Assembly: GCA_964035545.1 (NCBI GenBank)
Contig: OZ037767.1
Coordinates: forward strand, 30,458,628-30,522,627
Source of the DNA: Bugula neritina
Lineage: Eukaryota > Animalia > Bryozoa
Length of the DNA: 64,000 nucleotides
Direction: 5' to 3'
The position numbers and the translations under genes are program-made. Of this stretch, positions 1-14,010 are shown one piece after another (the stretch's first letter is position 1; each line of letters opens with the position of its first letter). Below the pieces are notes generated by a model, which was not told the origin of the DNA, did not search any database, and saw only the letters and a list, made by a program, of their open reading frames with translations.

Positions 1-1159
1 GATCGCTGTATTGGAGCATGTTATCAACGCTGGGAGTGTTTGACTTAAGTTGAACTTGGAACATGGAGAGAACAACTCTCTTGATGTCAATAGACCAGTT
101 AGTTTCTCCATCAGCAACCTTCATGTTCACCACCTTGTTCTCTTTGTATCTAAAACAGCAAAATTCAAACTATATTTTCTATTGTCTTTGAGTAACAGAA
201 AGTCTAGTTAAGATTCTCCGACAGTTGAATTCTCCGACTATGACTTGGAGTCACATCTTACTGTGCTCAATACTCACTCAAACTCAAATGGAAGGAGAAG
301 TTTTCCTTGGATGAGTCTGCTGTGATCTGATGGCAACTCTTCAAACATGCTGAGAGGAAGTTGCATGGTTGGAGGAAGGTTGTAGCTTTCTTTTATCTCA
401 TTATTCAATGAGTACACTCTTACATTCTTCATCTACAGTTATTAATTTAGTAATTTATTGATATGATTATCTTCATCCACATAGTGAATTTTCAACAAGT
501 TGATTGGAGCTAAGCTTGTTGCTTGTCACTAGTAAAAATATAAAAACAACATATTGTTTTACAAAATGTTACCTCCATGGTCATCCAATCAGCACTGCCA
601 ACAGTGAGAGTTAGGTCACATCTGATCTTGATTCCAGCATATTGTTTGCTGAATGTTGGAAATCCAGTCATTACTTGAGATTCATATTGGTATTCGTAGA
701 CAGTTCCAGGTTCGTATTCTGTAGGTGGACAAAGAAGTTTATAGATAGCACAAAAGAGACATTGGTGTTTGATTTAACCTAATCTTGTGGAGATGACACA
801 GTAAAGAAGGTTGAAGTCTTTTACTTACTGGTGTGAGTAGTTTGATATTGGTTGGCAGGTCTGGAGCCACTTGTTCCCCTTGATGGCCAGCAGGCACCTG
901 TGTTCAAACAGTATTTAGTATTTGAGTTGTTACTTTTATACTATAGAAAGCATCATTTGCTATACTAATCTACTAAAGCATATGAGTATTAATACTATAC
1001 TATAAATCTTTAGATAAACTGCTTGCTGGATTCGTTGATTATTCAGGAATCTTGACTAGTCTTGTAAAAGCAGAATTTAACATTCAATAATAAAAAACAA
1101 TGAAGAATAGTTGTACACTTACATGTAGCCACAAGGGCAGTGAGTACGAGTAACTTCAT
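1..1159 (-). CDS. vtg: Vitellogenin-like LLTP gene, copy A (5' part only; exons 1-5, runs off the window start)
   Basis: Exons 1123-1159, 829-897, 573-718, ~278-432 and ~1-149 splice GT-AG in frame to MKLLVLTALVATCACWPSRG...KYEPGTVYEYQYESQVMTGFPTFSKQYAGIKIRCDL...WSIDIKRVVLSMFQV. This is a signal peptide plus Vitellogenin_N motifs (YxYxYEsxvxTGxP; WSxxIKRxxLSxFQ). Confidence 0.9.
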
Positions 1160-1481
1160 GGTGAGACAACTGCTGCTAGCTTTGAGTGTTCAATGCTAAT
1201 CAGCAAACAGAATGAAGAACCAGCTCTCAGTCGCTGCCTTTTATACTGCTGCTGTTCAGTTTATTGAGGTTGCGCCATTCTTGGCAGAGATTTACATCTT
1301 TCACATAGATTAGAGTTACGTAAATATAAGTTATACAGACACCTGTGTCAACTGCCAACAGGTTGTGCAACCAGGTGAAGTTGCTGAGCACTTAAAACTG
1401 TGACAGCCAAAATTAGACACCAGTTGGCTGGTGCTCTGTTCAATGGTCATGGTGTGATACCCAGTGTTTAGAAACCAAAGT
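1103..1481 (-). promoter_or_regulatory. Promoter/5'UTR of vitellogenin-like copy A
   Basis: TATAAAA at 1245-1239 and Inr-like TCATTC at 1215-1210 (about 32 bp apart), TTACGTAA at 1316-1323, several CANNTG boxes. The block is nearly identical to 13631-14010. Confidence 0.8.
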
Positions 1482-3105
1482 CCTTATATCAAACACAAAT
1501 ATAATACGTCTTTTAGTATTTAAATATTTGTGTAGGAATTAAAATTAAAAATATATTCATTTTAATGTTTGAGAAATACAAAAATATTTTAAAAATATTA
1601 GTTTGCCTAGCTCTGAATCTGTATTATATGGTGTGGTAAACTGCTTTACAGTGAGAATTTCACAGTATTCTCAGAATATATATAGCTATTGTAGCATGGT
1701 TATATATAGAAAACTAAAGCCTCTCCTTTCTGCCCATGTGTATTACAATTTCTTGTTTATATCCATCAGGTTGGCTGCATTGATGATCTGAGTAGTGTTA
1801 ACATTATAACACAACTCCCCCAACCATTCCTGTAGCCATAATCCTATAACACTCTATAGCCATAAATGCAGAAGAATTTGTTTATGCTTGTTGTTCAAAA
1901 ACTGAGTCACTTTTAAAATAAAGCTGAATGAAGCAGCTGTTAAAAGTTGCACTTTATTTAAATTTAAATGATCAATGGTGATTGGAAATATTGGCTACAC
2001 CAATCAAGTTTTTTTCTTCACTTAATTATTTTTTTTAAATGATATGGTAATTATTTGAGATAGAGAGTCTTTAACTGCTGTTTTTCTGCTGCTACGTTAG
2101 TTATGCTGTGTAAGTGAGATACACGTTTTTTTTGTTAATAAAATTTTTTTTTCAAAATCTAAATGTAAACCACGCGATGTGTTTAACATTTTGCGCTTCT
2201 CTAATGAATATCTGGTTTAAACTAAAATTCACTGTTTCTATGCCCCGTCACCCGGATGTTTTAGAGCAGTTGTCTGAACAAAATACTGCCGAAGTTTTAA
2301 ATAAATAACATTGCGTAATGTAAACATTACGGCATGAGGTGATGTGATCAGCACATTGCTTCCTGAACTTTCACATATTATCTCACATATTTGGTTTGTT
2401 TGAACAACCTCTGTACTCTGTATAATAATTCTATCATGTATAAAAGTTGGAATAACCTGATCATTGTTATATTCTTTCTGAAGTATTTACTTGGCCATAT
2501 AATTATTTACATGATACTTGCGACAGTGTAATTGAGATTTAAACTCTTGCAAAATTTTAAAGCACGATTAGCAGTTAGTTTCTAGGTACTGTAATTACTA
2601 ATAAGTTTTCTTTTAGGAAGAATGACTTGCTTCTGCAGGGTAGTAGATATGTGCTCCGTGTTGGTATGCATCATGAAATATAACTGTATACTATTCGAAT
2701 TAATGTTTGTGCAAATAACTGCATTATTTCAGGATTGTGTGTAATTCTATGGCTAAAAAAAACTGGTTAAGATTATTAGAAAGCGTGGTTTATATACGTG
2801 AGCATTTACATTTGTTCAAAACTATAGCTACTATGAAGTTTCAGTATATATGATGGTGTTTCTAGTTTAAACATTGCCTGTAACGTGGCTCAAGTACTCT
2901 GCTTTATAATTGCAGCAATGCTTTCAATGATGCTCAGATAACGTTGCAGGATTTAGTTCTCTAAACTCATGCCAAGCATTCGAGTGAGCCATATATGTTA
3001 AGTTAATTTACAATATTATAATGATTCTCAGGTTTATACCTATAGTGATAATGAAGACTTAAATATTTAACTTCTGATGTGCATCATGGTTATCATTATT
3101 TAGGT

Positions 3106-3439
3106 CAGAGGTGTCCAACCTTTTCAGAGCTAGAGCCACTAAAATGAAATATTTCTTGGAGAAGACCACATTAATGTAAAATTTAGCTGGAGCCGTGGGC
3201 CACAGCATCAATATTTTTCAATTACTTTATTTTATATTCCTATATATGAATCATTAAAAGCTAATGTCCCAATAATTACTGCAGACTGCATGTTTTAGCA
3301 TGTACATAAATAAGACATTTAAAAGATGTTTTTTTCACTCTAATTCATACAGGTGTGCAAAATGTTATGCCTTTAAAAGCTACATAAATGTAGGGTGGGA
3401 GCTACATTTGGCCCTGAGGCCACCTGCTCAACAGCCCTA
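3106..3439. mobile_element. Non-autonomous hAT (Charlie-like) DNA transposon / MITE
   Basis: Begins CAGAGGTGTCCAACCTTTT and ends GGCCCTGAGGCCACCTGCTCAACAGCCCTA, resembling hAT-Charlie termini with imperfect TIRs. It is flanked by a perfect 8-bp target-site duplication ATTTAGGT (3098-3105 and 3440-3447). Confidence 0.8.
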
Positions 3440-5079
3440 ATTTAGGTTGACACTGCGGTAGCTGGGTATTTCATACAACCTAAATATAATTAAATATAAT
3501 ATAATATAATATAATAATATTATGGTGTGGCTTATACTTTAGTATAACATAATAAGATACACTATAATCTGTTGTATTATAGTGGAAAGTATTTTAATAC
3601 AATATTAAGGAATTAAATGTAGTATATATTTTATTATAATATAATAAAGTATGCTAAGTACTGTATTATAGTGTAACGTATGTTACTGTTTACTAAAGTC
3701 TTTAGTACGGATGACATAGGCTATTGCACTGATGTTGCCAAGAAAAGTGATAATCTATTACAAAATCTAAACATGTCATAAGATTTTTTTAAACTGTTGA
3801 ATTGTGTTGATCCTTTGAAAAGAAAAAAAAACATAATTTATATATGCTGCTTATTATGTTGTGCTAATTTGATTATATCAGGCAGTTACTTCGCTCATGT
3901 TGACAGTTAATTTATTATTATTATACTAAGTTTTAAGTTCTCTAGTTCATGATTTATGATGTTTATGCTATTCAATAAATTTCATGAATTGATACATAGT
4001 TATTGTACCAGCAAATAAAATAGGTTCACAGTGCATAGTAACATCTGAAAGAGTGTAAAGACCTTATTTATATTGATATCTTTTTGTTTTATTTTTGCTG
4101 TGTGCCACTCATTACTGCTCCCAACACTATATAACTCATCTCACTGCTAGCAAGATGGTAATTATTGTTAGAAATTTTCAAAAAACATTGCTTTATTCAT
4201 CAGCAACTTTAGAGACCGAAGTTTGAGTAATATTTTTGCAGTAAACTTGAAAGTTTCATTATTTTAAATAAATTATACAATTATCTTAAATGATTTTATA
4301 AGAACCACACTGGCACTAAATAAAATGCAATAACAGCATTAGGATTGTTGCTTTCCAAGTTAATAGCAATGGCTTTTAGAGTAGATGTAAGCTCTGTGCA
4401 TTTGTATTGTGGTGGCAAGTGTTAAACGTGTTCTATAAATAAGATTAATTTTGAATTATGAGTTTGATGTATTAGTGATTTTGTGAGGAGAAAACTAATA
4501 GATGTGTTTTGCAATTGCTTTAATAATTTAGTCAATAAACAATTATTTCAAACGAAGTCATCTAAAAGTTTGACAGAATAATGAAGTGGTAAAGTCCTGA
4601 ATGAGTTTCATAACAAAGATGCTTCTATAGCCGCAGGGCAAGTAAGACTATGCCTATTTGATAAACCATCAGGTGAGCTGCAGTAGAAATTTAATAAATA
4701 TAATAGATGTAACAATAGAAATAGAAAATATCTGTAATGTTTCAGCTGTGATGTTTTTGTGAATTGTTAATATTCAAGTCTGAAATTTTGACATGGCTAA
4801 GTGAAAATGATGCAAGCAGGATGATGGGTTGAATTATATAAATAAGACATTCTTAGTTTTTGCTGATGTGTAATATTTATTGAAGTTGAAGAAGTTGATA
4901 TTGAAAGCACAAATTGAAAGCACATCTGAATAGGTATAATAAAGTCACATTCTGATTAGAATGTGTTGTAAAGCAAATTCATAGTCCATTATTGAGTCCA
5001 TTTCATTACCATTTATCTAGAAAAACTTTGGCAGTTGTGATGGCAAAAACAACTAAAGATATTAATCAGAATCTGAAGA

Positions 5080-8000
5080 TTACTGGCTGCATCTGTCTTG
5101 CACAGAAATGCGTACGTTTCGAGAATGGCCAGCGTAGTAGATCTTCTGGGCAGTTTGCTCATCATCCAAGACAAGCTCTTCAGCTACAAAAAGATGGTGG
5201 CAGTAGGTAAATGTGTGGATCTCGTATTTCTGTTTAAATTTATCATTTACTAGGACTAGCATGAACCGGAGCTAATGAAGCTATTAAGTGCTATTAATTG
5301 CAACACAGGTTATAATCTACTTCCATACCTTGCCAGAATGGGTAAATGTTCATCCTCTTGGCAACCTTGTCAGACACACATCTGGCAGGGACAGTGATAA
5401 CTCTTCTGGTATAGTAAGAGCAGGCATCACTGCACACGTAGTAAGGCTCAGCAGTTACACAGCTGTAGAGATTACCATCAACTTCACCAATATGGCTGAC
5501 ATACTGAAATGTATATATAAAGTAGATGTATAAAATAATCCATAGATCTATATGATCTGGTGCAAAATACACATGCATTAACTCCATTAGAACCAATATT
5601 CAAGCATTCCAAAAAATGAGGCATTTAGTAGGAAACTCACTCTGTACTTCTGTTCTCTTTGGCAAAAACCGTCTTTAGAATATTGGTTTGTGGGTTGTGC
5701 GGTCATTGGACATCCAGATTTGATGGAGTATTGTTGAGCAATCTGCCGAGCCAAATCATTGGAAGGTCTAGAAGGAAGTTGACTCTCAGGTGAGCAGATT
5801 CCACAGATCTCATCTTTCTGGTTTTCTTGAACCTAAACAGAGTCCATATGGTCCATATGCTGTGTAACTGTAGCAAAATAGTAAAACCTGCTATAGCTTT
5901 TAAGGCTCATTAACCAGTTAACAAAATTATAACTAGTACCTCAACAGTCAGTATTCCATTGTAAAGCTTAACATAAGCTCCATGTTCGTAGCTGTAAAGC
6001 TCAAATCTGGATCCTTGGCACTCAACCAGAGCTACTTGTCTCCTCTGATCCCAGATTGGTACATGCACCAGCTCACTGATTGGTCGGATTGTTCCATTGA
6101 TCTTTACTTGGAACTTGTTGTTTTGTACAGATTCAACTTCAATCCATTGGCTGCCGATATTTACCTTGAGAATCTGTAACAGGTTTCAGACATGAAAGTT
6201 AGCCAGAACATAGTACAGTTTTTACCAATTTGAACCAATAATCAGAATGTAGTCACAAGTTTTAGAACTGTATACATTGTAATTTTGGTTACTGGCAGGA
6301 AGAATACCAGGCAATCAGCAATATGGCAAAATTGAATATATATAATATTATTGCAATGATTGGAGTGTTGTGTTTGATAATGACATGGTCAACTAGAAAA
6401 TATAGCCGAAATACCTTGGGAGCAGTAAAGCTTTGAGATGGTTGAACAGTCACAGCGAAATTGGCTTTTCCACTCTGGCAGTTTCTGGCCAATACAACCT
6501 CACAAGATGTTTTAGGAAGACTGAGATGTTTTTGATCAAAAGTCAACACAGATGGGTAAGCATAGTTGCACACATCTAAAACAAAAAAGTAGCGTTACAA
6601 GATAGATAAGCAAATCTCTAAGCGAAGATGAATTCAAAGACAAAAAGTTAAAATTCACCAGACAACTAGAGCTCAAGAACTTACGTCTTCTGGTTACATC
6701 ATAGTATTTCATTCCGTGATCATATGAAGGTAGAGAGTGGATTGAAGATCTAGCTCTAAAGAGAGTCATATTGGGTTGTCTGTTTTCAGTGACAAATTGA
6801 TTAAGTTTAGTGAACACGGGGGCATAAATCCTTGAGTAGTTACCAATGTATTCTGGGTCTCGCAAAATAACATCAACCTAAAATTTAGAATATGAATATT
6901 GAAGCCAACAGTTTTAAAACAAGTTGAATGCTTATAAAAACAAAAATAAGAAGAATCATTCAGTAAATATGCATACTTGGCTTTCCATTGGTCGAACAAC
7001 AAAGTCAATATCAATGGTCTTTTCAGTGTTGTATCTTCTTCTGTTCTCGTTAGGATACACAAAAACGGACTGAGCAAAGTTCATCAACCACATAGACAAG
7101 TTTCGTCCAAAGTTTGGTGGGATTTCGACATTTCTAGTTTCAACATGCATGGAGTTGTTGTACCATATTGGGGTGAAAACTCCATAATCATCTTTACAAC
7201 CGTAAACAGAAGAGTTGTGGCAGATGTTGTCTTTGGAGGTTGGCCTAAACTTGATAGTTGCCTAAAAAAACCACCATTGCATATTTAGAAGAAAAGCGAT
7301 ACATGACTTGGATTGCACCAATTTTAACAACCTATAGCAAACCGTAGAATATGTTTATTACTTACAGTAAGACCATGTTGTTCTGGCTGCGATTTTGAGC
7401 CCCAGTTTATTTTATGAGTTTGCATAATGTGTCTATTTCCAGAGTCAAGTGTGCTGGTGATCTTATTAACCAGTTGCATGTACTCGGTTTCTGCAGGTTT
7501 GATTGGTGGACGTTCCAAGCACCACAGAGATTTGGATTGTGGCTGATCGGGCTCGTAGTAAGTAGTCCAGTTGGCAGACATGTTGAGAACTCGGTTATCC
7601 AGAACAGTGGCAAGACTGCATGAGATGTTGTGTCCCATGGCGCTCAGAGATGGCATGTACAGTGTTCTACAGGTAAACATAATGTTATTCAGAGGTCTTG
7701 AAATTGGGATATTTTATTTATATCCAAGTGCGAGTTCTATACCATTATCACAATAGACTTATATGCAAGAATAATAAAAAGTTACTGTACCTATCTTCAT
7801 CCAACGAATCATAAGCATTGAAAAGGTAACCGAAAAGACTGTTTTTGCTGCTTTGGTATTTGTACTCTTGAGTCAAAAATTGTTCTCTGTGTTCAATGTC
7901 TGATGAGTTGAAGAAAATGCTGGAATATCTTGAGCAGATCTTCTTTACGGCAGGTATAGCTGCAATAAAAATATTGTGTAAATTGCAAAATAAGTTCCCT

Positions 8001-11000
8001 TGTGCTAGTTAAAATTAAAACTGTTTAGAACTTGATTTTAAAATTACAGAAACAAATTACCTGGTCTAAAACTAAGCTTGAGGTGTTGCTTGTAGGCAAA
8101 GCATTGACGCTCTGGCTTGTTCAGATCTCCGTCAAGCTACAGCAGAAAGCAACTTTGAACATTTCTGCAGTAACATCATATAGTATCAACACAATAAATT
8201 TGATGTTTCCGTCACACCACATTTGGTTTAGATGTATGTCTAGCATAAAGTTTAATTTAGTTCCAACCTTTCCTTCCATTTCAATACTCTTATAGACTGG
8301 CAAGTCCATGGTAAATTGTCGTCTTCCTGATTCATCAACTTTGAGTTCTTTGCAGGTATCCATAAAACGGGCAGCAGTAACAGGTAGTCTCTTTGGTTGT
8401 ACAAAGGTCACGGAGCGAGTGAGCAGTTCAACAAAATCGTTATATTTCTGCAACAAACGCAAATAAAATTAACAAAACCTGTTAAAGATAGTCGCAATAA
8501 CGAGCTAAAAAGGAACAACTTGTTTAGCAGGGAGCTTTTTCTAAGTTTCTAAGTTGTATAAATTATCTCATGCCTAAAACAAAGTAGATTGCAACAACTA
8601 ACTGCAGATAATAGCATGTAGTACAAAGATTAGAAAAGTTGAGCATTTGCATTTACATTGTCAGCTGGGTTTGTCCAGTTGCAGGCTAGATAGCTTTGTT
8701 GCCAATCCAAGGCACAGATTGTTTCGGGTGACTTGCTGTAGGATCTAGCGGTTACAGAGGATCTGAAGCCAGAGTAGCTGAATCCCATGTCCATGTGGTA
8801 TGACTGGTGAGTTATATAACTTGCCCTGAAAGCAATTAAATTTTGAAATATATTTTAAACCAAATAGTAGAAACAGATTCGAGTTTTCCATTTGGTGCAA
8901 TGCACTATGAACAAACCAGGAAAAAGAAAACCATGTACTTCTAACATTCTAGAATCGAGATTTCATATCAATTTGAGTTTGTTAAATTAATCAATTGCTG
9001 ACTCAGCTGATTCACCATGGCACAAGCAAGCTCATATAAAAATTATTTGCAAAAGCATTTATAATAAATGTCACACCTGATTGGTTTGCTAGACTCAAAA
9101 GTAACAGATGGAAGACGTTTGAGACTTTCGAAGTTAACTTTAATTGTTCCTTCAACATCCAAAACAAACAGGGGAGTGTTTTCGTGAATCAAATATCCAC
9201 CACTTGGTAGCAGAGTTCTGATTCTTCTTGGTTGCATCCACATAGTATTAAACATTTTGACGGGAATCTCCAAGACACCATTGTTAGACACTGTAAAGAG
9301 AGGAATTGAAGTTAATCATTGGTATGAGCTTAGAGGGCATAGCTAAAATAGACTTTGCTTTTGATTTAGTGTGCTCTTGTACAGTTACATACTAGACTGT
9401 CTTAGCCAGGCTTGGCAGGTGGTTGAATCAATATAAATGAATGATACTTCTTGTCCCAAAATCTTCCAGTACAATGTCAAGCTGGGTTTAGAGTTCCTCA
9501 AAAGGTTCAACAGAGACTGCTCGCTGTGTTGAGAACTTGGGTTGAACAGCTCTTCCATTCCTTCAGCTCGGTATCCAAACTGCCAAATGTACAAAAATAA
9601 AATTCAAAAATGAAGTCTCAAAAGCAAATTCTTATTTCTACTCATGATTTGAGACTAAAACAAAATGAATGAGTATTTAGTAAAACGCACTTCGATAAAA
9701 TGGTTGTATTGGCCGTTCCACTGAGTGTATTGTCTGGAAGAAGCATATTCTGGAATACGTCCGCTGGTGCTCTCAACTCTGCTAATCTTAGTCATCTCTC
9801 CTTGAGAATTCCATCCGTACAACATCTGCCAGTCCGAGGTTCTGTAGGACATGCGGAAGGCTCTCACGGATTTCAAAGTCTCTCTGATTCTCATTTGGCT
9901 AAAACATTACAAGACTCGAATGAAATAAAATCTGAGTTGGTAAAGTTGGTGAGCAGTGGTGTTAATAGCAAGTGTGATTAGAACTAGTAATAAATGAGAA
10001 AAGTACATACTGTCTCTGATCTTGTTGCTGTTGCTTCTCTAAACAGTTTTTCAAGTATTGTACAACAAAGGTCTTGAATTCAACATCTGGTTCTTTATTT
10101 AGACATTTCTGCAACTCGATGAGTGGTGTGCTAGATCGGCATTTCATCAGAACAACAAAAGCTGCAACTCTGACTGAAGTCTCCTCATTTTTGTTCATCA
10201 TGATTGGCATAAGAGTTTGCAGAACCTGGAAGTATGGATAGGTCTCATACATGTTTTGTTTGCAATCAGATATAGAAACTTGGAAATTTAAAATATAAGT
10301 TTCAGCATTACATTGAGCTTAATCTACCTGAAGTTGGTCTTGAATTCCGAGATAGATCAAGGAGTTAATAGCCTCAATTCTTACAATCTTAGACTCGGTT
10401 TTAGCCATGTAGGGACGAATAACTGTGGCAAGGCTTCCAATGCTGCCCATGTTAGCAAAAGTCTTCAAGCATGTGATTTTTTCTTCATCATTCTTGGCAG
10501 CTTTAAGACGTCCTTCAACATACTGCAAAATCATGCTAAGCTGTTAATTTATTTTAATAAAGACATTATATGCAAAATAACACACAAATCCATTTTGATA
10601 ATATATGTCTTAACACTGGACACTTGGACAAGTAAACAATAAACTATTAGAAAACATAAGTATACCTTCTCGTGTTTGTGGCACTCTTCAATGTGTCCTT
10701 GATGCAGAGCTTTGTCAGCGGGATACACACACTGGTCAATCAAGATCTCTTCGTTGTGGATATATCGTCTAATCATGGATCCAAAGCAAAGCATGGCATT
10801 CTGGTAAACGGTCTTTTTAGGTGGGGCAGTGGTGTAATCGCTAGGCAAGATAGTTTTCTAAAAGAACAAAAATCGCTACAGTCTTCAACCTATAAACCTC
10901 AGAAGGAGAACTTTGATAGTGTAGTGATAGATATATTTGCTAACCTTAAATTTTTCTAGCATCTCGAGTGTTGGGACTTTCTCGGCAGTCCAATGAATAA

Positions 11001-13687
11001 GCACAGCTCTGGCATCTTCAGTAGTGAGTTCGCCATTTCCAATCTTTTCAATAAGCATGTTGTCAGCTTCAGTTGTGTTGGCAGTTTTCAAGACATCGAG
11101 GAAGGTTTGCCTAACAGTAGAGAAACAAGTGTTTACAACAGTACTAAAAACTGAGAAACACAGAAATCGTACTCCACTAATGTAAAGTTCAAATCTTACA
11201 GTTGTTTACGCATGGCTGGTTTGTTCTGCAGCTTGGAGTAGATGCTATCCAGCTGAGGTCGAGTACAGAGTCGTACGTTAGCCTGAAGTTGAATGAACAG
11301 TGGGACGTGATCTTCAAACCTTTCTGGTACAGATGCAACAGCCTCAATCTCTTGGAGTTGTTTCTCAGTCTAGAAAATACATTTAATTTTATGTAAAAAT
11401 CATTTCTCTTACCAATTACTAAATCTTTTACTGCTTTCAGCAAATGTGTAACATCGATATCGAACACAATATTCTTGTCAATTCAAGAACAGTCATAAAT
11501 AATACTTTTATCATTTATTTACACTCATAACGTCATTTGATAGTCTAGTTTAATAAAATTGTTTCATGAGTTTTTATAAAGATGAAAACATGACATTTGT
11601 TTGCTTTCAACATGCTATACTTTTGCCACACTCCTATACTGTTCTACAATTTGAGACTGACAATGAACAAGCGAGAGCCTTGAACAATTACCTGTTGAAG
11701 GAGTTCGGCTTCAGTCATCATCAGCTTCTCCTCATCTTTTTTCAGAATCTCCATTCTCCATGGTTCAGACACAGTCTTCATGGTTACTGATTGTGAACGT
11801 GAAGAAGGGGCGGGTTTTTGTCCTGTCATTACGAGAGTCTGGTTTGATGTGGTGAGGAGGAACTTATGAGGAGCATTTGGAGTCTCCATCTTGTGTTCGA
11901 CTGACATAACAGCAGACTTGATGATCAAATCTTTCTCATTTTCTGATGAGAGTTCATAATCACATCTGGTGACAGAGAATACCTGTAATTAAAAAATATT
12001 CAGATTACCAATATGTTTTATGTATATTTACACAAAAAACATTTTGTCTTTTCAGTTTTATTTACAAAATGTAAACATATACAGATAGTAAACTTACAAA
12101 TTCAGTAGAGTTTCGAATGCTAGAGATGGGAGCACATTGGCAAGCCTCGTTGTTCATGTTTCCACGGCAGTCACAGTTACTCTGACGCTGTTGAAAAGTG
12201 TTCTTGTCAAGAGCGTTCAGCTTCACACATCTGGCTTGGTCTCTAAATTTGACCACCTTAACAAAAACAACAAAATTATCTAAATGGCGTTTTTGTTTTT
12301 CCAAATAATATTTTATATATAGAGTTGTAAACAATGAGATTCAAATACTCTAAAGTTACTTGATAGCTTACTCTGTATGTGTTGGCCTCATCCTTCTCAT
12401 CAACGTAGGTGTGGAAGGTGCTGTAACAAGATCCTTCCAGTCCAGCCTCCAAATCATCGAAAGTGGTGGTGTTTTGGCTGGGCAGATCGCTGTATTGGAG
12501 CATTCTATCAACGCTGGGAGTCTTTGACTGAAGTCGTACTTGGAACATGGAGAGAACAACTCTCTTGATGTCAATAGACCAGTTGGTTTCCTCGTCAGCA
12601 ACCTTCATGCTCACCACCTTGTTGTCTTTGTATCTGAAACAAAAATTGATAATATGTTATCACTATTTAGGCTATATGAATGTTTAGTTTTCTAACCAAT
12701 ATTCAAAGAGTCACATCTCACTGAACCGAGTACTCACTCAAACTCAAGTGGAAGGAGAAGTTTTCCTTGGATGAGTCTGCTGTGATCTGATGGCAACTCT
12801 TCAAACTTGTCGAGAGGAAGTTGCATGGTTGGAGGAAGATTGTAGCTTTCTTGTATCTCATTATTCAATGAGTACACTCTTACATTCTTCATCTACAGTT
12901 ATTAATTTAGTAATTTATTGATATGATTATCTTCACCCACAGATGTATACAATTACATGATAAATTCTCACTCGATTCAATAAGAAAATTGAAATTGGGT
13001 CGATAGTTTTTTACTAGTATAGAATATAAGAATAATATAAAATCAAAAGATCAATTCTATAAAAATCACCTTCAAGGTCATCCAATTAGCACTGCCAACA
13101 GTGAGAGTCAGGTCACATCTGATCTTGATTCCGGCATATTGTTTGCTGAAGGTTGGAAGTCCAGTCATTACTTGAGATTCATATTGGTATTCGTAGACGG
13201 TTCCGGGTTCATATTCTGTAGATGGACAAAGAAGTTTATAGACACACTGAATAGACATTGAAGTATGTTTAAGCTAGTAGGCTATTGCTGAAATTGTATG
13301 CTTAAAAATGAATCAAATTGTTTACTAACGAGTGATGCTTAACTTACTGGTGTGAGTAGTTTGATATTGGTTGACAGGTCTGGAGCCACTTGATCCCCAT
13401 GTTGGCCAGCAAGCACCTGTGTTTAAATAACAATATCTAGAGGTGCTGTCTCCAGCATATTTGATAAAATTTTCTATAGTTATCTAGTGAAACAATAGAT
13501 CAAAATAATAAAATTATACTGTACGTATTCTTTTATAAATTTTGTTAATTCTGTAAATTATTACGTTATTTACTGATTTTTCTCCCACTTTGTAAAAAAA
13601 CATTCAAAATTATTCAATAGCGAAAAAATAAAGAATAGTTGTACACTTACATGTAGCCACAAGGGCAGTGAGTACGAGTAACTTCAT
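5080..13687 (-). CDS. vtg: Vitellogenin-like LLTP gene, copy B (complete, 27 coding exons, about 1600 aa)
   Basis: ATG 13687, TAA 5082-5080. Signal peptide, Vitellogenin_N beta-sheet (YEPGTVYEYQYESQVMTGLP; WSIDIKRVVLSMFQV; EAGLEGSC), alpha-helical region (FLDVLKTANT; KITCLKTFANMG; EETSVRVAAFVVLMKC), C-terminal VWD (CNYAYPSVLTFDQKHLSLPKTSCEVVLARNC; EICGICS) and a Cys-containing tail. The junctions checked by hand are GT-AG and in frame. AATAAA at 4881-4876. Confidence 0.9.
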
Positions 13688-14010
13688 GGTGAGACAACTG
13701 CTGCTAGCTTTGAGTGTTCAATGCTAATCAGCAAACAGAATGAAGAACCAGCTCTCAGCCGCTGCCTTTTATACTGCTGCTGTTCAGTTTACTGAGTATT
13801 GCGCCATTCTTGGCACAGATTTACAACTTTTACATAGATTAGAGTTACATAAATAAAAGTTATACAGACACCTGTGTCAACTGCCAACAGGTTGTGCAAC
13901 CAGGTGAAGTTGCTGAGCACTTAAGACTGTGACAGCCAAAATTAGACACCAGTTGGCTGGTGCTCTGTTCAATGGTCATGGTGTGATACCCAGTGTTTAG
14001 AAACCAAAGT
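13631..14010 (-). promoter_or_regulatory. Promoter/5'UTR of vitellogenin-like copy B
   Basis: TATAAAA 13773-13767, same Inr as copy A, GTTACATAA at 13844-13852. Near-identical to the copy A promoter up to GAAACCAAAGT. Confidence 0.8.
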
